From contig JBFMHR010000002.1 of NCBI GenBank assembly GCA_040751795.1, forward strand, positions 288,001 through 352,000: a stretch of DNA of 64,000 bases, in the 5' to 3' direction. This document shows positions 49,515 through 58,041 of this stretch, piece after piece. A model generated the notes under the pieces. The model searched no databases. It was not told where the DNA came from and worked only from the letters and a program-made list of their open reading frames with translations. How positions within the stretch are numbered: the stretch's first letter is position 1; each line of letters begins with the position of its first letter. A program made the position numbers and the translations under genes. This DNA is from Thermoplasmatota archaeon (GTDB lineage: Archaea; Thermoplasmatota; Thermoplasmata; UBA10834).

Positions 49515-52154
49515 TCACTCGGGCGGCGGGGGCGCCTCCCCCTCCGGGGGCCCGGCGGCCTTCCTGCGCTTCATCAGCACGAACGCCGCCGCCCCTATCA
49601 CGACCGCCGCGATGACTGCGCCGATCATGATGAGCGTGGTCGTGCTGATGCCTCCTCCGGTGTCGGAGGGCGAGAGCTCGACCTCGACCGTGGTGGTCTC
49701 GCCCACCTCGATGACCGCGGTGAGGGTCTCGGTCACGTAGCCGGTCTTGGTGACCGTCACGTTCCACGTCCCAGCGTCGAGGAGCTGGACCTCGAACTCG
49801 CCCGCCTCGTCGGACGTCGCCAGCTTGGTCACGTCCCCCATGCGGACCGAGACGGTTGCCCCGTCCAGCGGGTCCCCGGTGTCGGCGTCCGTCACGACCC
49901 CTGAGAGCGTCCCCGACGTCAGCCCGAGGGTGAAGTTGAGGGTCGTGGTGTTCCCAGCCTCCACCACCGCCTGGAGCGTCGCAGACCCGTACCCAGACGC
50001 GTCGGCCGTCACGTCGTAGGTGCCGGCGGAGACGGTCATGTTGTAGTACCCGGCGGAGTTGGTGGTGGCCGAAGTCGCCTCAGCGGTCACGGATGCCGTG
50101 ACGATCGGGTCGCCCGCCGAATCCTTGACGTATCCGGAGATCCACCCGGCGTCCTCGACCACCGACACCGTCACGGTGAGGGTGTCCTGGCCCTGCAGCC
50201 CGCCCGCGTCCGTGACGGTCAGGGTCACGGTGACGGTCCCCTCCTGCTCGAACTTGTAGCTCACCGTCTGGCCGAGCTCGTACGCGAGGGTCGAGTCCGG
50301 CTCCATGAACGTCCAGTTCCAGACCAGCTCCTCCGCGGGGCCGTCGTCCTCCGCGTACCCCGTGAACTCCCTCGTCTCGTTCAGCGCCACGGCCGTGTCC
50401 AAGCCCGCGTTGACGTTGGTGGGCGGGAGGTTCTCCCCCACCAGGACGACCTCGTAGTACAGCCACGGCCCGCCGGTGATGCTCGCCAGCGGGGTCATGC
50501 CCGGGTGCGCCTCCATGTCCGGCCAGTTCGTGAACCTGTCCGTCCTGTACGCGTACAGGCCGTACGCGTTGTAGAGGATGACGTACGGCGCGTCGAGGTA
50601 CAGTATCCGCTGCATCTCGTAGATGACCTCCTGCCTCTCCGAGACGACCACCTTGTTCTGCTGCTCTATGAACAGGTGGTCGTAGTAGGGGTTGGAGTAG
50701 AAGCAGTCGGACCAGGCCGACCAGTCGGTCTTGGTGCTGGGGATCTGGTCGGTCGTCATCACGGAGAGCAGGAAGTTCGGGTCGGCGTCCCCGCCCCAGC
50801 CCCAGATGAACAGGTCGTACTTCATGCCCACCCAGTCGCTGATGAGCTTGCTCTCCGACACCCCCAGCGCGGGCGCCTCTATCCCGACCTGCTCGAGCCA
50901 TCCTTGAATCATCATGGCGGCCGTCTCGTCCTCCGTGTTGTCGACTATGTACTCGAACACGAACGACAGCTCCACGCCGCTCGACTCGTTCTCCCTGAAG
51001 CCGTCGCCGTCGTCGTCCCTGTCGTAGCCCGATTCATCCAGTATCCTGTTGGCCTCGGCGATGTTGAACGGGTACTCCTCCCCGGCGGTGAGGTTGTAGT
51101 GCCACCTGGCGCTGGCCGGCGGTATGAGGGTGTCGCCGGCGACGCCGAGGTTGAGGAGGACGTCCTCCACGATGGCGTCCTTGTCGACGGCCATCGCGAT
51201 CGCCTTCCTGACGGACAGGTTGAGCGTCTCGAGGTTTTCGCTGGCCCCGACCACCCTGAGCTCGGGCGGACAGACGTTTATGCCCAGCTCCGTCAGCGAT
51301 ATCTCCCTGACCTCCTGCCCCTCGATGTTGTCCTTGCTGAGCACGGTCTCCCAGCTGTCGGCGGGGACGCTGCACGCGACGTCTATCGACCCGGCCTCGA
51401 GCGAGGTGAGCATCGCCTGCGAGCTCAGGAAGGTCTTGTAGATCAGGGTGTCGAAGTTCACCTTGGGGCCCCAGTAGCCGTCGTACGCCTGGAACTCCAC
51501 GAAGTCGTCGACGGAGTAGTTCGTCAGCTTGAACGGCCCGGAGCCGACCGGTCCGTCAGGGAAGTACAGGGTGTCGAACGGGTCGGCCGAGGTTATCTTG
51601 TTGGACGGGATGTTCTCCCACAGGTGCTTCGGGAGGATGGGTATGATGATGCTGAGCATGGTCGCCTTCGGGACGGCCGTCGTGACCCTCAGGGTGTAGT
51701 CGTCCAGGGCCCTGACGTCCGTCACGTTCCTCAGGTAGTCGATGTACAGCGAGCCCGCGGCCTCGTCCGTGATGATGAGGTTGTACGTCCAGTTGACGTC
51801 GTGGGCCGTGACCGGCTCCCCGTCGTGCCAGGTCATCCCGTGCCGTATGTTGTATGTCCATGTCAGCAGGTCCTCGCTGACAGTCCATGATTCCGCTATC
51901 TGCGGCGTCGGGTTCAGGTCCCCGTCGACGCCGAGGAGCATCTCGTACATCAGGGAGTACACCTCGTAGGCCATCACGAGGTACCCCGTCAGCGGGTTGA
52001 GGCTGTCCACGGACTGGGTGACGCCCACCACCAGCACGACTTCGTCCTGCGCGGCCGCCTCGGAGCTCGCAGGCCCGATGACGGCGGCGCTGAACATGAC
52101 GGTCAGCAAGAGCACGCACACGGAAACGGATGTTGCACGTCTGGTTGTGTCCAC
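49515..52154 (-). CDS. Peptide ABC substrate-binding protein with PKD and two carboxypeptidase-regulatory-like domains and a C-terminal anchor
   Basis: SBP family 5 motifs (WHDGEPVTAHDV, VGSGPF), Thr-rich beta-sandwich repeats, C-terminal TM plus KRRK. Confidence 0.9.
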   Translation of the reverse strand: MDTTRRATSVSVCVLLLTVMFSAAVIGPASSEAAAQDEVVLVVGVTQSVDSLNPLTGYLVMAYEVYSLMYEMLLGVDGDLNPTPQIAESWTVSEDLLTWTYNIRHGMTWHDGEPVTAHDVNWTYNLIITDEAAGSLYIDYLRNVTDVRALDDYTLRVTTAVPKATMLSIIIPILPKHLWENIPSNKITSADPFDTLYFPDGPVGSGPFKLTNYSVDDFVEFQAYDGYWGPKVNFDTLIYKTFLSSQAMLTSLEAGSIDVACSVPADSWETVLSKDNIEGQEVREISLTELGINVCPPELRVVGASENLETLNLSVRKAIAMAVDKDAIVEDVLLNLGVAGDTLIPPASARWHYNLTAGEEYPFNIAEANRILDESGYDRDDDGDGFRENESSGVELSFVFEYIVDNTEDETAAMMIQGWLEQVGIEAPALGVSESKLISDWVGMKYDLFIWGWGGDADPNFLLSVMTTDQIPSTKTDWSAWSDCFYSNPYYDHLFIEQQNKVVVSERQEVIYEMQRILYLDAPYVILYNAYGLYAYRTDRFTNWPDMEAHPGMTPLASITGGPWLYYEVVLVGENLPPTNVNAGLDTAVALNETREFTGYAEDDGPAEELVWNWTFMEPDSTLAYELGQTVSYKFEQEGTVTVTLTVTDAGGLQGQDTLTVTVSVVEDAGWISGYVKDSAGDPIVTASVTAEATSATTNSAGYYNMTVSAGTYDVTADASGYGSATLQAVVEAGNTTTLNFTLGLTSGTLSGVVTDADTGDPLDGATVSVRMGDVTKLATSDEAGEFEVQLLDAGTWNVTVTKTGYVTETLTAVIEVGETTTVEVELSPSDTGGGISTTTLIMIGAVIAAVVIGAAAFVLMKRRKAAGPPEGEAPPPPE

Positions 52155-52350
52155 AGCTCCCCCCTCCTATGCCCCTGCGTCGTCCGCAGGGTCGCGCGGC
52201 AGGTTCTCACTGCCGCTAGCTCTCTCCTAAGCGCCATCTGAATCTATCACGGTGCTATAATTAGGTTAGTGCACATTTAGGGCCATGCCCACTGGGAAGC
52301 CGCCGTGGCGAGCCCTCCAGGCAGGGGCCCTCCCCCGCGGGTGCCGTCGG

Positions 52351-52385
52351 AAAAATGTGACCCAGAGAGGCCTCCCCGGCCTCTC
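52351..52385 (-). terminator. Probable terminator of the PKD protein gene
   Basis: GAGAGGCC-N5-GGCCTCTC hairpin (52365-52385), then a minus-strand T5. Confidence 0.55.
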
Positions 52386-52419
52386 CGGCTAAGAGGTTTG
52401 TAGACCCATCCGAGCTCCT

Positions 52420-53202
52420 TCACTTCTTGTCGTCGTGCTTCTCGAGCCACCTGTCCAGGTTATCGAGCAGGTGGTCGAGCGAGTTCTGCAGCTGGGGCTT
52501 CTCGTCTACCTTGTCCTCGTGGTTCTCGATCGCTCTCAGCAGGCCCGGCGGGCCCTTCCCCTTGTCGGGTGGCTCGGGCGGCGGCGTCCAATTGATCACG
52601 ACCTCCAGCTCCACCGATGCGCCCCCGTCGGCGCCCTCGTCGTCCGTGACAGTCAGGGTGACTGTGTACGTGCCGTTCGCGGCGAACGTGTGCGTCACCT
52701 CCATCCCGGCCGATTCGTGGCCGTCGGAGAAGCTCCAGGAGTAGGCCGCTATCTCGCCGCCGTCGGGGTCGTGCGACCCCGCCGCGCTCAGAACGACGGT
52801 CCCGTTCTCGTTGTACACCACCTGTATGGATGCGGTCGGGTCGCTCTCGACCTCGACCACCATCGTCACGGACACCTCGGCGGAGGAGGAGTTCCTCCCG
52901 TCCAGGTTGTCAGTCAGGTTCAGCTTCACGGTGTACGTCCCGTTCGCGTCGTACTCGTGCGCGGCGGTCACGCCGTATCCCGCCGTCCCATCCCCGAAGT
53001 CCCAGGAGTAGTTGGCGATAGAACCGTCAGGGTCCGAAGACCCCGAGGCGTCCACGGCGACTGTGAGGCTCTCTGTCTCGAACTCGAAGACGGCGAACGG
53101 GAGTCTGTTCACGGACTCCTCCCTCGCCTTCGGCTCGAGGATCGCGAGCCCCACGGCTACTATCAATAGAGCAACGGCTGCCGTGGTTGCCACTAGGACC
53201 AT
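52420..53202 (-). CDS. Membrane-anchored double-PKD domain protein
   Basis: N-terminal TM, two S.DPDG...YSW.F.DG PKD repeats, charged helical tail. Confidence 0.85.
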   Translation of the reverse strand: MVLVATTAAVALLIVAVGLAILEPKAREESVNRLPFAVFEFETESLTVAVDASGSSDPDGSIANYSWDFGDGTAGYGVTAAHEYDANGTYTVKLNLTDNLDGRNSSSAEVSVTMVVEVESDPTASIQVVYNENGTVVLSAAGSHDPDGGEIAAYSWSFSDGHESAGMEVTHTFAANGTYTVTLTVTDDEGADGGASVELEVVINWTPPPEPPDKGKGPPGLLRAIENHEDKVDEKPQLQNSLDHLLDNLDRWLEKHDDKK

Positions 53203-53348
53203 CCTTGTCCTTGGGCTGATCCTCCCACTCTCCGGAGACAGGGAACGCCGTTATCGTATATCAGTCCCACCACGGCCAGTAGGGAATGGTGCACCCTTCT
53301 GTGCGTCGCCCTCCAGTAGAAATGTAGCTATCTGGACGTCAGAGGGGG

Positions 53349-54731
53349 TCAGCCCTTGGCGCCCATCCGCTCGATGATGGCCGCGACGAGCGCCACGGAC
53401 CCGAGCATGCTCTCCACCTTCATGTTCTCGTTCGGCGCGTGGGTGAAGGTCTCCTCGTTGTCGGCGTAGCAGTAGGCCATGCACAGGGGCGCGTGCTCGG
53501 CGAACATCGCCGCAGGCCCCGAGAACTGGGCCATCGGGACCACGCCCGTCCCGGCCGGGGCGCACACCTCCTTCATTATCGAGTGGACCAGCCTGATGTA
53601 GGGGTGGTTCACCGGAGTCTTGGCGGGCTCCAGGCCGGGCTTCTTGATGACGTCTATGTCAGTGAAGCCCCGCGCGTCCAGGTGCCTCCTCAGCAACGTG
53701 TGGACCTTGTCGACCGTGAGGTCGGGCACCATCCTCACGTCCAGCTTCGCGCTCGCCTTGGCCGGCACCACGGTCATGTCCTCGACCCCCTGGTAGCCCG
53801 TGGTCACGCCGCATATGGACATCTGCGGCCTCAGGAAGAGCTCCTTGAGCAGCTCCACGTCCCTCCTTCCCATGAGGGGCCTCTCCAGGCCGTACTCCTG
53901 CATGATCTGCGTGGTGAGGTCCCCCTGGTACTCCCTCAGCGCCTGGACGTCCTCATCCAGCGGCTCCTTCACCAGCTCGTCGAACCCGTCCACCGTGATG
54001 CTCTCGTCCGGGGCCTTCAGCGTGCTCAATGCCCAGACCAGCCGCCATGCGGCGTTCGGCACGGCCGCGGCCTCGCCCGAGTGCGCGTCGGTCCTGGCGA
54101 AGTGAGGGGCGCCCTTGGTGACGAGCTCGAAGTATGCGTCGCCCTTCAGCCCGCAGACGACCTCGCCCGGGCTCGCAGGCGTCGCGCTAACGCCCTCCCA
54201 CACGCTGCCGTCGGCAGTGATGAAGTCCTTGTGTTCTTTGGTGAAAGCGGGGAGCGACATGGAGCCCGCCTCTTCCTCCCCCTCGACCACGAAGCGGACG
54301 TTGACCGGCAGCTCGCCCAGGATGTCCTCGATGAGGTCCACCCCGGCCATGCTGGCCGCGAGCGGACCCTTGTCGTCGCTGACCCCCCGTCCGTAGATCT
54401 TTCCCTCGCGCGTCGCGAGCTCCCATGGGGACGAGCGCCACAGGCCCAGGTCCCCCGCGGGCTGCACGTCGTAGTGGTGGTAGAAGAGCAGCGTCTTCTC
54501 CGCGCCCTTGTCCTTGGAAGCGTAGACGATCGGCGCGCCTCCCTTCACAAACAGCGCCGACCTGTAGCCCCTCCTTCTGAACTCCCTGTCGACGAGTCCA
54601 GCGCACTCCTTCAGGGGCTCCTCTTCCCTCGGAGCTATCGTCTTGAATTGTACCATTTCGGCGAGAAAGTCCATCGCGCCCTTCTCATGATCCTTGGATC
54701 TGCCCTTCAGCGCCGCGAAAGTCTGCACCAT
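53349..54731 (-). CDS. M20/M25/M40 family metallo-(di)peptidase
   Basis: HYDVQP, GRGVSDDKG, EGEEE, HSG, HAPNE. Confidence 0.92.
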   Translation of the reverse strand: MVQTFAALKGRSKDHEKGAMDFLAEMVQFKTIAPREEEPLKECAGLVDREFRRRGYRSALFVKGGAPIVYASKDKGAEKTLLFYHHYDVQPAGDLGLWRSSPWELATREGKIYGRGVSDDKGPLAASMAGVDLIEDILGELPVNVRFVVEGEEEAGSMSLPAFTKEHKDFITADGSVWEGVSATPASPGEVVCGLKGDAYFELVTKGAPHFARTDAHSGEAAAVPNAAWRLVWALSTLKAPDESITVDGFDELVKEPLDEDVQALREYQGDLTTQIMQEYGLERPLMGRRDVELLKELFLRPQMSICGVTTGYQGVEDMTVVPAKASAKLDVRMVPDLTVDKVHTLLRRHLDARGFTDIDVIKKPGLEPAKTPVNHPYIRLVHSIMKEVCAPAGTGVVPMAQFSGPAAMFAEHAPLCMAYCYADNEETFTHAPNENMKVESMLGSVALVAAIIERMGAKG

Positions 54732-54799
54732 GCACGCACTCCCGTGGGATCTCCGATGCCCGGAATCCGGAATGTAGCAGCACTATTTAGATGGGTCGA

Positions 54800-55847
54800 A
54801 CCCGGAATCACTGCGGTTTCGTCCTCGAAAAGTCGTCCTGCACTCGCCTGCAATTCGCCACGCTGGCCAGGCATGGATGCACCACGTCGGATGCATCGAT
54901 TGCCGGGATTTCTTGAGCATGGCTTCCAATCCCGAACGCGGCCCCGATAGCTGCTGGACCTGGGGAAATACCGGTGAGTTATCTGCTCCGAATGTGAGCA
55001 CGGATTACCATGCACCGTCCCCTAACGAGAACCATCTCATCGCACCCTTCAATTTGCACCTAAGCGGCCTCTCGGACCTGCGAATATATGTGATAGGTAT
55101 ACAGGATAAGATGTCAATGATACTATCTATTAGAAGAATAGCATAATGGTTAATCGTACTCTCCGCCCAAACCCACGGCGTGATGCCCACCCATTGGCTC
55201 CAGCTCACTTGGATAGTATCTGCCTGGACTCATGGCTGGGTGATCTGGCTATCCGTTCCAGCGTCTCTGGATGGCTCGAGTTCAGGTTCACTCCATGGCG
55301 CGGGGCTCCCAATGCAGGCCTCGAATCCGCCTCTCTCCCTCGACGCAAAACGTGAGGCGTGCTATCTCGGAGCACGCTGGTTATATCGTACGTGCTATGC
55401 TAGCACATATCATGCTGTCCGCCGTCGTCGGACGGAAATATATGTGTGACCTATACAATGGCCGTTGATATAGATACATAGAGAAATAGTATAATTGTAT
55501 GGTCGAATCAACCCCTTCTATTGCCCCCGTAGGGGGCAAAGGGGGCGGAATGCCCCTCGGATCCCGATTTTTCGCTGCTTCCTAAGGGGGTTTTGACCGA
55601 TTTATTCGTATCCTTGATACAGAGTAGCACGATTTGAGCACGAATCCACTGCTGGATGGAGGGTGTCCCGGACGCCCACCATCGGAAACGGCAACAAATA
55701 GGGGATAAGGCGACGTTTTGACTAGGGGTCCGGGAGGGGGGTGAGCGGTCCAGGGCGTTTTGGACCCAAAATGCGACATTTTTATATAGGCACAATTCGA
55801 TGCTTTGTCGGACAATCGTCCAACAGGTAAGGGATGGGAAACCTACC
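54800..55847. other. About 1.1-kb gene-free, lower-GC, repeat- and hairpin-rich region upstream of the tyrosine recombinase
   Basis: No credible ORF; direct repeats, recurring AGCAC(G) motifs and many stems (see findings). Confidence 0.75.
55779..55788 (+). promoter_or_regulatory. TATA box of the recombinase gene
   Basis: TTTTTATATA about 60 nt upstream of ATG 55848, flanked by two imperfect palindromes. Confidence 0.7.
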
Positions 55848-56501
55848 ATGAGAAAGTATCTCAAGGAGGACGAGCTAAAGGCGTTGCTCGAGGCTCCTCG
55901 ACGGATGCGCGACCGTCTGATCATCAAACTCATGTACGAAACGGGGATGCGGGTAGGCGAGCTAGCAGCCTTGACAATCGGTGACGTGGACCTCGAGTCG
56001 GGCGAGATCACGATCCAGAGGGCGAAGAGGCACGAGGAGGGGCGCAAGGTCCCCATAGTCGACAGCTGGACCAAGACGATGCTCCACGACTACATCGGCA
56101 CCAGGAAGATACGGAAGGACCCGCTCTTCGTCTCCAACAAGCGCGGCCCGCTGTCCAGGCGGCAGGTTGAGCGCCTGGTCTCCAACTACGCGGAGAAGGC
56201 CGGGATCGAGCCAGACAAGCGCCATCCGCACGTCCTGAGGCACACTCACGCGGTCCACGCCCTGAAGTCTGGCATAGACCTGAGGACGCTCCAGCAGAAC
56301 CTGGGCCACTCCAGCATCGAGGTCACGGCCATATACCTCACGATGGACATCGACGACAGGAAGGAGGCGTACTCGAAGCACCCGCTGCCTGGCATGTCCG
56401 AGCACGCGGAGCCAGATGACGCCGAGGAGGGCCACGCGGGCGAGGCGCTCACTGTGCACTCCAATCACTCGAGCTCGTTCGTGCTCTCAGGTGATGTTTA
56501 G
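55848..56501 (+). CDS. Tyrosine recombinase (catalytic domain only)
   Basis: TGMRVGEL (R), AKR (K), HVLRH (HxxR), LGHS (H), TAIY (Y); 217 aa with no N-terminal core-binding domain. Confidence 0.93.
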   Translation: MRKYLKEDELKALLEAPRRMRDRLIIKLMYETGMRVGELAALTIGDVDLESGEITIQRAKRHEEGRKVPIVDSWTKTMLHDYIGTRKIRKDPLFVSNKRGPLSRRQVERLVSNYAEKAGIEPDKRHPHVLRHTHAVHALKSGIDLRTLQQNLGHSSIEVTAIYLTMDIDDRKEAYSKHPLPGMSEHAEPDDAEEGHAGEALTVHSNHSSSFVLSGDV

Positions 56502-56649
56502 TCAGCACCTAAACAAATCTATTGCAAACATCTTACACCTATCATATTCTCCTGTATGGCTAGAATGGGCGGAGACCGCCCCCTCCGAGCCGCATTTTCG
56601 GGCGCCCCGGGATTAGTTCATATCCCGCGATGCCCTATCGCGCGACGCG

Positions 56650-58032
56650 ATGCAGGAAGAGTGGACCGAGAAGTACAGGCCCAAGTCCCTCTCCCAGATC
56701 ATGGGGAACAACTACGCGGTGCGCTCCATGCGGAACTGGGCGGAGTCGTGGTCTAAGGGGAAGCCGCGCTACAAGGCCATGGTGCTCAGGGGCGAGCCAG
56801 GCACCGGGAAGACCAGCTCGGCGCTCGCCCTCGCCAACGACTTCGGGTGGGACGTCGTCGAGATGAACGCCTCCGACCACAGGAACGCCGATTCGATCAA
56901 GCGCGTCGCCGGGCTCGGGGCCATATCCCAGACGCTCACTCTGGACGGCGAGTTCCGCTCCACCGCGCAGGGGAAGAGGAAGCTCATAATCCTCGACGAG
57001 GCCGACAACCTGTTCGGGAGGGAGGACTACGGCGGCGCGAAGGCGATCGTCGAGGTCATCAGGGAGTCGAGCCAGCCAGTCATACTGATAGTCAACGACT
57101 ACTACGAGCTGACGAGGAAGGCGTCCGCGCTCAAGACCCTCTCGGACAAGGCGGTGTTCAGGAGGCTGGACGACCGGACGGTCGTCGCGGTGCTGGCGCG
57201 CATCGCCAAGGCGGAAGGCGTCACGCTGGGCCAGCCCTCGCTCGAGAAGATCGCGGAGAACGCTGGCGGCGACCTCAGGGCGGCCGTCAACGACCTCCAG
57301 ATGCTGGTGGAGGGCAGGACGGAGGTGCGGGCGGAGCACACGTCCGTGCTCTCGGAGAGGAACCAGGAGGCGCAGCTGGGCGACTCGCTCAGGGCCATGT
57401 TCGGCGCCAAGACGGCCAAGGAGGCCCAGGACGCCACGATGGACCTGGACAAGCTCCCGGAGGAGCTGGAGAAGTGGGTGGAGGAGAGCATCCCGAGCGA
57501 GATGAAGGACCCGCGGGACCTCGCGGCCGCCTTCGAGGCCATATCCCGGGCGGACATCTACCTCAGGAGGAGCAGGAAGCTCCAGCACTACGGCATGTGG
57601 GCCTACGCGCGCACGATGATGACGGGCGGCGTCGCCCTGTCCAGGAGGTACGGCGCGAGGCCGCACGTCGGCGAGTACGGGTTCCCCAGCCACTTCATGG
57701 TCATGTCCCGCGCCAAGGGCGCCAACGCGGCGAGGGAGTCGCTCAGGGCCAAGCTCAGCCCCCAGTTCCACACCTCGGGCAAGGAGTTCAGCGAGGCGGT
57801 CCTGCCGGCCCTCGTGACGCTGGCCAGGCGGGAGAGGGGGATACTCCTCAAGCTCGCGGTCGACGCGGAGCTGGACGACGGGGACGTCGCGTACCTCCTC
57901 GGCAGCGAGCCGGGCTCGGCCGAGGTCGAGGCGGTGATGGCGAAGGCCCGCGCCTCCAAGGGCGAGGATGACCCGGGCAGGGCCGCGAAGGCCAGGCCGC
58001 GCTCGAGGGGCAGGAGCCTCGGGGACTTCTGA
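56650..58032 (+). CDS. rfcL: Replication factor C large subunit
   Basis: WTEKYRP, GEPGTGKT, EMNASD, DEAD, GDLRAAVNDLQ, C-terminal PIP-like SLGDF. Confidence 0.95.
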   Translation: MQEEWTEKYRPKSLSQIMGNNYAVRSMRNWAESWSKGKPRYKAMVLRGEPGTGKTSSALALANDFGWDVVEMNASDHRNADSIKRVAGLGAISQTLTLDGEFRSTAQGKRKLIILDEADNLFGREDYGGAKAIVEVIRESSQPVILIVNDYYELTRKASALKTLSDKAVFRRLDDRTVVAVLARIAKAEGVTLGQPSLEKIAENAGGDLRAAVNDLQMLVEGRTEVRAEHTSVLSERNQEAQLGDSLRAMFGAKTAKEAQDATMDLDKLPEELEKWVEESIPSEMKDPRDLAAAFEAISRADIYLRRSRKLQHYGMWAYARTMMTGGVALSRRYGARPHVGEYGFPSHFMVMSRAKGANAARESLRAKLSPQFHTSGKEFSEAVLPALVTLARRERGILLKLAVDAELDDGDVAYLLGSEPGSAEVEAVMAKARASKGEDDPGRAAKARPRSRGRSLGDF

Positions 58033-58041
58033 GGTGGCCCC

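Noticed and set aside
55136-55163. dif-like half site GCATAA-TG
   Set aside because: The right arm lacks the TTA symmetry required of dif sites.
54707-56074. Short ORFs in the gene-free region upstream of the recombinase
   Set aside because: Non-host codon usage, mutual overlap, and no recognisable motifs.
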